Assembly (NCBI RefSeq): GCF_001194135.2
Contig: NC_068994.1
Span: 32,760,997 to 32,824,996, forward strand
Direction: 5' to 3'
From: Octopus bimaculoides
Lineage: Eukaryota
DNA: 64,000 nt
Below the pieces are notes generated by a model. The model ran no database searches, was not told where the DNA came from, and was given only the letters and a program-made list of their open reading frames with translations. Below are positions 23,254-35,375 of the stretch, in pieces. Made by a program: the position numbers and the translations under genes. Every line of letters starts with the position of its first letter. The stretch's first letter is position 1.

Positions 23254-23603
23254 CATCATCATCATCATTTAACGTCCACTTTTCATGCTGGCATGGGTTG
23301 GACGATTTGGCTGAGTACCGGTGAACCAGATGTCTGTACCAGGCTTTAATCTGATCTGGCAGAGTTTCTACAGCTGGATGCCCTTCCTAACGCCAACCAC
23401 TCTGAGAGTGTAGTGGGTGCTTTTACATGCAACTGGCACGAGGGCCAGTCAGACGGTACTAGCAACGGCCACGCTCAAGTGGTGTCTTTTACGTGCCACC
23501 TACACAGGAGCCAGTCCAGCGGCACTGGCAACGACCTTGGTCGAATGTTTTTTCACGTGCCACCGGCACAAGTGTCAGTAAGGTGATGCTGGTAACGATC
23601 ACG

Positions 23604-23604
<1 letters not shown>
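23254..23604 (-). mobile_element. Family C element with three internal ~65-bp repeats
   Basis: (cat)n...cagctggatgcccttcctaacgccaacc, with tttt(a/c)c(a/g)tgc.ac..gcac units. Confidence 0.75.
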
Positions 23605-23640
<36 letters not shown>

Positions 23641-23650
23641 ATAGGCATAT

Positions 23651-23801
23651 GCATGGCCGTGTGGTTAAGAAGTTTTAAGAAGTTTGCATCTCAACCTCAT
23701 GATTTGAGGTTGAGTCCCACTTGGGTACATGTCTTAATATAGCCCTGAACCAAATAAAGCCTTGAGATTAGATTTGGTAGATGGAAAGAGAAAGAAACTC
23801 C
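23651..23801 (+). mobile_element. SINE family B head, diverged
   Basis: gcatggccgtgtggttaagaag...gatttggtagatggaaa. Confidence 0.6.
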
Positions 23802-23849
23802 ACTGCATATCTGCATAGATAGATAGATAGATAGATAGATAACGATAAA

Positions 23850-24170
23850 GAGACAGACAGACACTCAAGCAGATAAACATATTGATGGAGAGAAACCAAG
23901 AGAGACAGGTAGGCTGAGAGAAACAGATACAGACAATTAGAGAGACAGACACTCAAGCAGAATAGCATATCGAGGGAGAGAGACAGAAAGAGACAGACAG
24001 AGACAAATAGAGAGACAAACACTCTGGTGGATAAGCATATTGAGAGAGGGAGATAGAGAGAGACAGGTACGCTGAGAGAGATAAATACAGACAAATAGAG
24101 AGACAGACACTCTGGCAGAAAGGCATATTGAGGGAGAGAGACCTAGAGAGATAGGTAGGCTGAAAGAGGG
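23850..24170. repeat. Degenerate AG-rich minisatellite, 4 units of 70-90 bp
   Basis: agagaca(g/a)acactc...gcatat(t/c)ga...acaaatag repeated. Confidence 0.6.
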
Positions 24171-24216
24171 GGGGGGAGAGGGAGGATATAAATAGACAAA
24201 CAGAGAGGTAAATGAA

Positions 24217-24257
<41 letters not shown>

Positions 24258-24674
24258 GAAAGTCAAACAGATAGGTTGGGAGAGAAAGAGAGGTGAGGAG
24301 GGAGAGAGCCAGAAAGACAGGTAAAGAGTAGGNNNNNNNNNNNNNNNNNNNNNNNNNNNNNNNNNNNNNNNNNNNNNNNNNNNNNNNNNNNNNNNNNNNN
24401 NNNNNNNNNNNNNNNNNNNNNNNNNNNNNNNNNNNNNNNNNNNNNTTTTTTTTTTTTTTTTTTTTGCATTTTGCATTCTTTTTTTCCTTTTTTCTTTTTG
24501 TTGTTGTTGTGGCAGAGCGGAAGATATTTCACTGTTTCTCTCCATGACAGAGTTTTCTGACTTCGACATTTTCAATATGGCATTTTTATTTTATTTCCTT
24601 ATTTCTACAATTTTTGTGTCATTTTCTTTTCATTTTTTTTGTTTTTACATTTTATTCCAAACCATTATTATTAC

Positions 24675-24729
<55 letters not shown>

Positions 24730-25754
24730 TTCATTTTTATGACATTCTTTCTTCTCTGCAGCATTAGCCTAAGGGTATTTTCTCTTTNNNNNNNNNNNNN
24801 NNNNNNNNNNNNNNNNNNNNNNNNNNNNNNNNNNNNNNNNNNNNNNNNNNNNNNNNNNNNNNNNNNNNNNNNNNNNNNNNNNNNNNNNNNNNNNNNNNNN
24901 NNNNNNNNNNNNNNNNNNNNNNNNNNNNNNNNNNNNNNNNNNNNNNNNNNNNNNNNNNNNNNNNNNNNNNNNNNNNNNNNNNNNNNNNNNNNNNNNNNNN
25001 NNNNNNNNNNNNNNNNNNNNNNNNNNNNNNNNNNNNNNNNNNNNNNNNNNNNNNNNNNNNNNNNNNNNNNNNNNNNNNNNNNNNNNNNNNNNNNNNNNNN
25101 NNNNNNNNNNNNNNNNNNNNNNNNNNNNNNNNNNNNNNNNNNNNNNNNNNNNNNNNNNNNNNNNNNNNNNNNNNNNNNNNNNNNNNNNNNNNNNNNNNNN
25201 NNNNNNNNNNNNNNNNNNNNNNNNNNNNNNNNNNNNNNNNNNNNNNNNNNNNNNNNNNNNNNNNNNNNNNNNNNNNNNNNNNNNNNNNNNNNNNNNNNNN
25301 NNNNNNNNNNNNNNNNNNNNNNNNNNNNNNNNNNNNNNNNNNNNNNNNNNNNNNNNNNNNNNNNNNNNNNNNNNNNNNNNNNNNNNNNNNNNNNNNNNNN
25401 NNNNNNNNNNNNNNNNNNNNNNNNNNNNNNNNNNNNNNNNNNNNNNNNNNNNNNNNNNNNNNNNNNNNNNNNNNNNNNNNNNNNNNNNNNNNNNNNNNNN
25501 NNNNNNNNNNNNNNNNNNNNNNNNNNNNNNNNNNNNNNNNNNNNNNNNNNNNNNNNNNNNNNNNNNNNNNNNNNNNNNNNNNNNNNNNNNNNNNNNNNNN
25601 NNNNNNNNNNNNNNNNNNNNNNNNNNNNNNNNNNNNNNNNNNNNNNNNNNNNNNNNNNNNNNNNNNNNNNNNNNNNNNNNNNNNNNNNNNNNNNNNNNNN
25701 NNNNNNNNNNNNNNNNNNNNNNNNNNNNNNNNNNNNNNNNNNNNNNNNNNNNNN

Positions 25755-25820
<66 letters not shown>

Positions 25821-25961
25821 CAGAGCAAGAGAGAGAGAACATGTACCTGTGTGTATGAATATGGATATATATGTAAACGTACATATAGCTAAACAAGTAT
25901 GTGTATAAGGTAGTATATATGTGTATGTAGATATGTATGTGTGGCTATATATGTGCAAGCA

Positions 25962-25995
<34 letters not shown>

Positions 25996-26900
25996 GATAG
26001 ATAGATAGATAGATGTGTGTGTGTGTGTGTGTGTGCATGCAAACGCATACTTACACACATGCGTATATATGAATGTATGTATATGGATGTGTGTATATAT
26101 GTGTGGGTGTGTATATGTGCATGTATGAATATTTGTAAGCATATATGTAAGCAAATATGTGTGTATGTGTGTGTATATGTAGGTAAGCATATATGTATGT
26201 AGGCATGTATACGTGTGTATGCGTATAAGTGAATGTGTAAGTATGTGTGAGTATATGTATATGCGCATGTGTGTAGGAAGCCGTGTATGATATATATATA
26301 AGAATGTGTCTGTATGTAAGTATATGTCCTACTCCTACAGTTAAGTAGCTGGTTTCAGACTTATGGCATAAGAAAATAAACAATAACAACAACAAAGCCC
26401 TATTGCTGAAATTTAGTTAACAACAGTGAAGACTTACATATTAAATTTCAGCAAAGTCTTACATATTTTAACTGTTCTGCTTATTTACAACATGTATGTT
26501 GGTCACTTTCTTCACTTGGAAACTTCAGCTTTTCTGGAGTATGAGTTAAATACTTTGTAACATAACTAGGTGTACCTTTGGCTAGTGGATATGAACGGGC
26601 CATATTTGCTGGCATATAAGGTATACACTCATGTAAAATGTACCCCTATTTTACAAGTATATTTTGTGAGAAAACAAATTTAGAATACTTCATCAAACAC
26701 TTATTGATTGATGTTTTAAAGTGGTTTTCTGGAGATAAAATGTATAATCTTGTGCAAATAAATGCAATATTATGACAGTATATTGGAATAAAGTATGAAA
26801 CTATAAATTTATTGTCAATAAACTATGTTATGGGACTTCCGCATCTCAGCTTTAACATTTTCATGATGATAATAATAATAATGATAATAACAACAACAAT

Positions 26901-27112
26901 CATTTCTATTAAGGGCACAAGACCTGAAATTTGTGGGAGGGGACTAATTGATTACATTGACCCCAATATTTCACTGGTACTTAATTTATCAACCCCGAAA
27001 GGAAGGAAGGCAAAGTCAACCTTGGCGGAATTTGAACCCAGAACAAAGCGATGGGCAAAATACTGCTGAGCATTTCATCCAACGTGCTAACAATTCTGCC
27101 AGCTCACTGCCT
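26901..27112 (-). mobile_element. SINE family A (ATT-tailed type)
   Basis: ggcacaagacctgaaattt...gaatttgaacccagaac...ttctgccagctcactgcctt followed by (aat)n. Confidence 0.85.
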
Positions 27113-27138
27113 TAATAATAATAATAATAATAATAATA

Positions 27139-27178
<40 letters not shown>

Positions 27179-27184
27179 TGATAA

Positions 27185-27219
<35 letters not shown>

Positions 27220-27226
27220 ATAGCAA

Positions 27227-27271
<45 letters not shown>

Positions 27272-27333
27272 CAGTAGTAGTAATAGCAATAGCAGTAGTA
27301 GCAATAGCAGTAGTAGTAGTAGTAGTAGTAGTA
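27113..27333. repeat. Compound (TAA)n/(TAG)n microsatellite
   Basis: Directly visible. Confidence 0.95.
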
Positions 27334-27884
27334 CACCTTGATGCAGTACCAGGCAGTAGCTCTCTTGGCTTCAGATCTTAACTGATCGGAAGTGTTACCA
27401 TGTACTACAAGTTTTGTCTAGTTGTAAAAGATGGGCTACATCAAGCATTCTGTTCAATACCACAGATTTACTTGTCATTTGTTTGACCTTAACCAATCGA
27501 GCATGTCCCTTGGTGGCTGACGATGTGTGCATCTATGATCACAAACAGAAGTAGTGGGAGAGCATCATAGCCATTTTGTTGAGAGGAATTCTTTGAGGTT
27601 CGAAAAAATCTTGGAACACAGGTTTTTCATTCAACATCCATAAATAATCCTTATTTAGGGACCTTTTGAGCAGGGTGGGCTGCTCACCCTGAAAAAAATT
27701 CTAACTGGGTTCCACCTGCAAGGTCATGCGCTGTTTATCTTGATATGAGATCACCATCCCGTGCACATATGGTTGTGATGCATGTGCCTGGTGTACCCTT
27801 ATCAGACAGGTAGTCATGATGGGTATACTGGGCTTTGTTTATTTTACCCCAGGGTCACTTTGAGGGCATGTGCTGCTTTCTCAC
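27334..27884. mobile_element. Unclassified ~550-bp non-coding module between microsatellite runs, probably an interspersed element
   Basis: Higher GC than flanks, sharp boundaries at (TAG)n and (TAA)n, no long ORF, single copy in the window. Confidence 0.4.
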
Positions 27885-27917
<33 letters not shown>

Positions 27918-27921
<4 letters not shown>

Positions 27922-28196
27922 CAGGAAACCCCAAAATGGCAGAAATTCAAAAGATAGTGCTCATGGGAACTGCCCATATCCTACGTAAAATACTGTCTAT
28001 GTAATCTCAAATTTGAAAACAAACACATTATTTTCTTATGGTTTCTTAAACATTCTCTAGAACAACACTATGTACAAAACCAAATATATGGCACCCTAGG
28101 TATAACACCAACATGAACTTCTAACTTGTCTCTTGAGGTCTCTGGGAGCCAACTTGGAGCCAACTTGTACAAATGCAAGGCAAAAGTCAAACATAA

Positions 28197-28233
<37 letters not shown>
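27918..28233 (+). mobile_element. Extreme 3' end of an R4/Dong-like retrotransposon embedded in (TAA)n
   Basis: IPGNPKMAEIQKIVLMGTAHILRKILSM* (stop 28002-28004), ~190-nt 3' UTR, (TAA)n on both sides. Confidence 0.8.
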
Positions 28234-28234
<1 letters not shown>

Positions 28235-29239
28235 GAAGAAGAAGAAGAAGAAGAAGACGAAGAAGAAGAAGAATTATTATGATAATAATAATAATAATGA
28301 ATATTCAATAATAATATCACAGGTATGACTGTCAAAGTAAAATAGTGCATTGGATGGCAAGACAACTTCTAGTGAACTGGTGCCCTGAAAAAATGCACCC
28401 TGTACCCCCTGTTAAGAAGGGTATCCAAGTATGGAAACTATGTGAAAATGAAGATATTGGAGCAAAATTGACCTGCAATCCATTGAATCCTGTGTAACCA
28501 TCTTGCCTAAGACAGATGGAAAACAGACCTAATATGATGGTGGTGATGATACAAGTAAATATACATACACACCATACACATACACAAACACATACAATCA
28601 CACACAATACAAACATATATGCATACAAGCACTCACATACAGGGGCAACGTTATCTCATGAGTGGTATATAGTGCAGAAAAAACTCCAAGTCACTGAAGC
28701 CAAGATTGAACAGAAGCAAATTCTGTGATAAAATGATGGTTGTAGCTGAAATTTTATCATTAAAAAAAACTCTCACTAAGTGACAAATTCTTATAGCTGA
28801 ACTGAAAAAGCTGAAGATAAAAGCTATGAAAATACCAAAAAAACAACAACAAAAATCCTAACAAAAATGAAAGAAAATATAAATGAAGAAAAAAGCCCCT
28901 AAGTACATAGATATTTGAGCGTGTATGTACATGTGTGTGCATGTGGACACAGAAGCATACACATACAGCCATATATATACATATATAGACACACATGTAT
29001 GTATGTTATATTATACTGTATTTTATATGTATATGTGTATATAGTGTGTGATATTGTAACATTCATTAGATGTATCTCAGATCATAGCTAGTGGGTTATT
29101 TATTTATTTTTTTCTGCATCACTACACTCTCTGTCTCTCTCTTTCTTTCGCTTACCACTTTTTTTAATTCTCTTTTTGATGTATATGATGGTACAGAACG
29201 GCAAACAAACAGGTACTCAGTCTACATATATATATATAC

Positions 29240-29272
<33 letters not shown>

Positions 29273-29482
29273 CTTGCTGCACATACATGTATACACACAC
29301 AAAACATATGCAGAGGCGACATAAAGGAAATAAAAAAAAAAACATTTGCAAAAAGAAAAAAAAGGCAAAAAATGGGAAAAAGCATAACCCATACTGGATT
29401 TATCTTCAGATCGACTTCATCTGTTTTTGGGTGTTAGCCAAAGTTGGTGGTGCCCAGCAGTGTAAATGGCTTGGCTGAAAAT

Positions 29483-29730
29483 CTGCACCATCACCATCAT
29501 CATTATCATCACCATCATCATCACCATCATTATTACCATTAGCACTATCAGCAGCATCATTGTCACTACCATCATCATCATCACTGTCACCAGCTTCATC
29601 ATGATGATGATGATGATCATGATCGACATCATAATAAGCACCATGAATCATCATCATCATTGTCACCAACATCAGCACCCCACCAATGATTACTATCACC
29701 ACCACCACCACCACCATCATCATCATCAAT
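29483..29730. repeat. (CAT/CAC)n low-complexity tract
   Basis: Directly visible. Confidence 0.9.
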
Positions 29731-29994
29731 AGCAGCAGTAGTAGCAGATGACAAAAAATGCAATAGAACTTATCATCAAAGACTTTTGCTGCTAAAAAAC
29801 TTTGCAGATATTATTACACTCACTCGCAAAGAATGGTAGGTGGATCCTCCAGCACTTTCCATGTTGAGTATTCCACTTATTCCATCAACTAAACTATCTT
29901 ACTCAATGAAGTATAACCTAAGTGGCTGAGAATTACATACACACACAAACATCTAGCCTTAATGATGGAAAAAATCTGCAAGACAGAGTATGTG

Positions 29995-30360
29995 GCCCCA
30001 GTACTCAACTGGTACTTTTATCGACCCTGAAAGAACAAAAAACAACATCAGCCTCACTAGAATTTGAACCCAGAACATAAAGAACCAGAAGATATGGTAT
30101 CATGTATTTGGTCAGGTGTGCTAACAATTTTGCCACCTTGCTCTCTTAATAATATTGATAATAATCCTTTCTACTGTAGGCACAAGGCCAGAAATTTTAG
30201 GTAAGGGGATAGTCGATTATATCGACACCAGTGTCTCACTGGTACTTAATTTATTGACCCTGAAAGGATGAAAGGCAAAACTGACCTTGGTGGTATTTGA
30301 ACTCAGAATGTAGAGACAGATGAAATGTTGTTTAGCATTTTTCTCCACATNNNNNNNNNN

Positions 30361-30458
<98 letters not shown>

Positions 30459-31552
30459 CCTTCCTACTAAAGGCACAAGGCCTAAAACTTGGCGGGAGGG
30501 GACTAGTTGATTACTTCGACCCCAGTGTTTCACTGGTACTTAATTTATTGACGCTGAAAGGATGAAAGGCAAAAGTGAGCTTGGCAGAATTTGAACTCAG
30601 AACATAAAGATGGATGAAATGCCACTAAGCAGGCCTGACATGCTAACGATTCTGCCGGCTGGCCACCAGTAATAATAATAATAATAATGATGATGATGAT
30701 GATGATGACGATGATGATGATGATAACCTGATCTACTAAAGACACAAGGCATGAAATTTTAGAGGAGGAGATTAGTCAATTACACCAATCTCAGTGCTTA
30801 ACTGGTATATATTTTATCAACTCTAAAATGGTGAAAGTTAAAGTTCCTTGGCAGAATTTGAACTCAGAACATAAAGACAAACAAAATGCCTTTTCTACTA
30901 TGGGCACAAGGCCTGAAATTTTGGTTGGAGGTGGGGCTAGTTGATTACATCAACTCCAGAGCACATCTAGTGCTACTTTTATCAAGCCTGTAAAGAGGAA
31001 AGACAAAGTAAACCTTGTCAGAATTTGAACATAAAGACAGATGAGTTCCTGTTAAGCATTTTGTCTGGGATGCTAATGATTCTGCCAGCTTGTTGCCTTA
31101 ACCCTTTCGATTCCAACCCAGCTGAAACCACCTCTGGCTCTGTAGTACAAATGTCTAGTTTTCATAAGATTTGAATTAAAATCTTCCACCAAACCTTAGT
31201 CACAATTTATGTTCCTAACACTAGCTTGATGATAACTAAGTTATTTTACTAAATTCTTTGTTATATTTAGAATTAATTGAAAGAAACACAGAGTATCTCA
31301 AATTAGATACAATAATGAAAGGGTTAATAATAATAATAATAACCTTTTCTACTATAGGCAGAAGGCCTGAAATTTTGGGCAAAAGGATTGGTTGATTACA
31401 ACAAATACAGTGCTTAAGAGGTACTTATTTCACAGACACTGAAAGGATAAAAAAAGGCAAAGTCAACTTGGTGAAATTTGAACTCAGAATCTAAAGGTGG
31501 ACAAAACGCCACTCAATATTTTGTTCAGCATGCTAAAGATTCTGTCAGCTTC
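29995..31552 (-). mobile_element. Array of ~6 co-oriented SINE A copies, mostly separated by (AAT)n
   Basis: Copies at about 29995, 30163, 30456, 30725, 30891 and 31340, all on the minus strand. Confidence 0.85.
31102..31323. mobile_element. piggyBac-like MITE (222 bp)
   Basis: TTAA at 31098-31101 and 31324-31327. Termini ccctttcgatt / aatgaaaggg. Confidence 0.75.
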
Positions 31553-31710
31553 TCAATAATAATAATAATGATATCATTATTATGATTATGATAATTCTTC
31601 TTCTTCTTCTTCTTCTTCTTCTTCTTCTTCTTCTTCTTCTTCCACTTCGTTTTCTTCTTCCTCCTTTTCCATTTCTTCTTCCTCTTCTTCCTTCTTCTTC
31701 CTCCTCTTCC

Positions 31711-31760
<50 letters not shown>

Positions 31761-31780
31761 TTATTATTATTATTATTATT

Positions 31781-32137
31781 AAGGCAGTGAGCTGGCAGAG
31801 TCATTAGCAGAATCATGAGTAGGTGGCAAACTGGCAGAATCGTTAGCACGCCGGGCGAAATGTTTAGCGGTATTTCATCTGCCATTAGGTTCTGAGTTCA
31901 AATTCTGCCGAGGTCGACTTTGCCCATCCTTTAGGGGTCGATAAATTAAGTACCAGTTACGCACTGGTGTCGATGTAATCGACTTAATCCCTTTGTCTGT
32001 CCTTGTTTGTCCCCTCTATGTTTAGCCCCTTGTGGGCAATAAAGAAATAAGAATCATTAGCATGCTGGGCAAATTGCTTAGTGGTATTTCATCTGCCACT
32101 ATGTTCTGAGTTCAAATTCTGCTGAAGTTGAGCTTCC
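31781..32137 (+). mobile_element. SINE A2 (about 31821-32050) nested in the head of an older SINE A
   Basis: Host head gagctggcagagtcattagca resumes as gaatcattagcatgctgggc after the insert. The insert ends gccccttgtgggcaataaagaaataa. Confidence 0.8.
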
Positions 32138-32461
32138 TCATTGTCAATGTCGTTGCAGACATTCCATCCATTACCTAGATAATAACTATTCAGTCCTGCT
32201 GCAGATCTGCATGGTTTCATTCACAGTTAACAAGTGAAAGTTATAACTTCCACTGGATTGATCGAATCACTTTGTGAAATATGATCCCTGTAAAATCCTT
32301 ATGTCTCTTCACTTCCCAAATTGACTAGCAAGCCTTTCATACATTACAACAGAAACATGTGGTCTAGGAGGAAGGATGCCACAAGTACTTGATCTTTCAT
32401 AGGACTTCAAATGGTTGATATCATACTCAGGGGCATAGCTAAGTTAAATGGCGCCCAGGGC

Positions 32462-33178
32462 AAGCATCTTCTGGATGACCTCCTTGTTTAAGTTGGTGAA
32501 CGCTGCCATAATCCTTGCCTTCAATTCATCTTTGGTGTTACAAGGAGTTTTGTTTGTCTCTTTCTCAACTGCGCTCTGCATATAATAATCAAGGGGATTG
32601 CAGTCTGGGGAGTTAGTGGCCTGATGTTAGGAGTGATGTGGTCGCAGAAATTGTCTGACAGCTATGACTGGGTTCTCCTGCTTGTGTGGCATGGTGTAGA
32701 GTCCTGTTGCTAGACATAGGGTCTTCCAGCAGCCACCTTCTTGGCCCAGGATAGCACTACCTTCTTGGCCCAGGATAGCACTACCTTCTCCAGGCACTTG
32801 ATGTAGGCCTCAGTGTTGAGTCTGAGGTCATGTAGCCATAATGTTACTATCACTAGTGATCACTCCAAACACCATGATTGTTGACTGGACGTTTGATTTT
32901 TATCACTCTCAGTACATGTTCTCAAATTGTACTGTCTTCAGATTGACATCCAAAAACTCTGAAATGTTCATATTGGATCTTCTGGCATTAATGCCAAGCA
33001 GTACAGCATGTTGTTTCCAAATTTCTGGCAGAGTTAACTGCATCATGTTGCTGTTTTTTCTCACAGATGGTGCCCAACGAACCTTACAATACTGGGTAGT
33101 CGACAAAATCAAAAACAAACAATGTGCATCGGCAAAATAAAAAGTATGAAATGGCGACAATTTATCCACCACAACCTG
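32462..33178 (-). pseudogene. Decayed, internally deleted Tc1/mariner transposon of DD37D (maT-type) spacing
   Basis: PYV*QQDSTPCHTSRRTQS*LSDNFCDHITPNIRP/NSPDCNPLDYYMQSAVEKETNK...KDELKARI. 37 residues separate the 2nd and 3rd D after correcting one frameshift. N-terminus MMQLTLPEIWKQHAVLLG. End ta|caggttgtggtggataaattg. Confidence 0.85.
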
Positions 33179-34644
33179 TATATACACATGCACACGCATA
33201 CACATATACATGATACATAACACACACACACACACACATATATACATAGACACAAGATAAATAATATGTATGGCTTTTTATACACACACATACACACACA
33301 TATATACTCATATATACACAAATGCATACACACTTATGCATGCATATATATCATTGTCATAATCTCCAGCCACCAATATTTTTCAAAATTTGTCCTTTTT
33401 AGTCTCTCTTTCTCTACTTTCTACCATTACTACAACTACCACACACACACACACACACACACACATACATACACACACACATACACACAAACTAACTTCC
33501 CTCTCTTTTTTCCCTTCTGACTCAGACTCATATACCCATCCACCCACCCATTCATCCACCTTGTCCTTCCTTTTTTTTTCTAACTCCCTCACCCCACCCC
33601 AAATACTTTACACTAATTAGCAAAAACCCATTGCACTATTGGTCAATATATGAAGGTCATTACTACATTGACAACCAATTTCCATATGGCTGATTTTCAG
33701 ATTGTGTAGGCTATAACAACAACAACAACATTAACAACACTAACAGCACCAGTAACAATATCAAGACCAATTATAATAATTTCTTTTGACAAGAAGCAAA
33801 GCCAATTATTGCTGTAATACTGAGAATATAGTCCCATGAATCAAACATCTGCCAATTTCAGGTACTCAATTGTATTGGGTTGATTAGTCAGTTTGATTTC
33901 AGTCCCTATGAAGTGTCTGTAACCCACCACACTTTATTCTTGGTGGCACAGTCTACCTAACTGTAAATAGGCACCATGTAGAAGTGCAGTAGAGTAAAGA
34001 GAGCTACAAGCAGAGGTATTCTCTGAAGATGGTGAGATCAGCAGCTTCACTCTTTCTGGGTCCTGCAATAGCCTATTAGGCCAATATTAGCATGAACCCC
34101 AGTGGTTATAGATATAATATAATAACAGAACTGAAACCCTGTAGGATTCTGACTTACCATCCAACCCTTCTGTGATTATATCTGATTGTGAATGTTGTAT
34201 TCCACTATGTTAGAGTGAGTGATCTTGAGTAAGATGTTTCAAACTAGCCTATTCGAAGTTACATTTTTTTTCAAGGTCATCTTGATGGTGTCTTGGTTTC
34301 TTCTATTTGATTCAACCACATGACTGAAAGCCAACAGCTACCTCAACAATAAATAAATAAAATAAGAATAAAATCTGCTTAGGGAGGCTGGAGTTTGAGA
34401 TATGAGCTACATGTCCACTGCCCCAACAGTTGGAATTTATTTAGGAAAGCATACAAGATAGTTACCATGTGGAAGTGTGGTAGAGTGAACAATGTTGTAA
34501 GTAGAAGGAGGAGGAAGAGCACTGTATAAATGTGCCACTACCAGCAGCAGCACCACCACGACCAGCAACAGAGCAACAAGGTAGTCTCTATGTAATCATT
34601 CCTCTTGCTAAAAATAGCAACCAACTAACCTTCTAATCTTGAAG

Positions 34645-34687
<43 letters not shown>

Positions 34688-34767
34688 TTAATTGAACACC
34701 ACACATCCATTTCCAAGTGTATACATACATATATACATAGATACATATATAAGTGTTTGTGAGGGTA

Positions 34768-34960
34768 CTGTGGCCTTGTGGTTATGGTGTTACTCTCACA
34801 ATCACAAGATCATGGTTTCAGTTCCTGGACTGGGTGTTGCATTATGCTCTTGAGTGAAATACATCATCTCATGTTGCTCTGTGATTTCTTTGACACCTGA
34901 CATACGGTACACTGTGCACCTGTTCAGGCAATGTTGATTTGATGGGAGGTGGGGAGTGAG
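34768..34960 (+). mobile_element. SINE family E, diverged
   Basis: gtggccttgtggtta...ctcacaatcacaagatcatggtttcagttcctggactggg. Confidence 0.6.
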
Positions 34961-34994
34961 TTAAATGTACTATACATTCATTTTGTCACTATAA

Positions 34995-35375
34995 ACAAAT
35001 CATTTACTCTTTTATTCTTTTACTTGTTTCAGTCATTTGACTGTAGCTATGCTGGACCACCACCTTCAGTTGAGCAAATCGATCTCTTCTGCCGAACTGC
35101 TAAGTTAAGGGGACGTAAACACACCAGCATCGGTTGTCAAACGATGTTGGGAGGACAAACACAGACACACAAACACATACACACACACATATATATATGT
35201 ATATATATATACATATATACGATGGGCTTCTTTCAGTTTCCGTCTATCAAATCCACTCACAAGGCTTTGGTTGATCTGAGGCTATAGTAGAAGACACTTG
35301 CCCAAAGTGCCACACAGTGGGACTGAACCCAGAACCATGTGTTTCGTAAGCAAGCTACTTACCACACAGCCACTG
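34995..35375 (-). mobile_element. SINE family B, near full length
   Basis: Same layout as 7021-7445. Confidence 0.8.

Noticed and set aside
24490-24600. Polypyrimidine tract plus cag followed by AEDISLFLSMTEFSDFDIFNM
   Set aside because: No donor site, the frame runs into microsatellite and gap, and the peptide is not recognised.
27517-27560. CTGACGA in the 550-bp module
   Set aside because: No stem II followed by GAAA and no stem I/III.
29995-31552. Repeat-spacer-like periodicity suggestive of a CRISPR array
   Set aside because: Units are ~200-bp diverged SINEs separated by microsatellites in eukaryotic DNA, and there are no cas genes.
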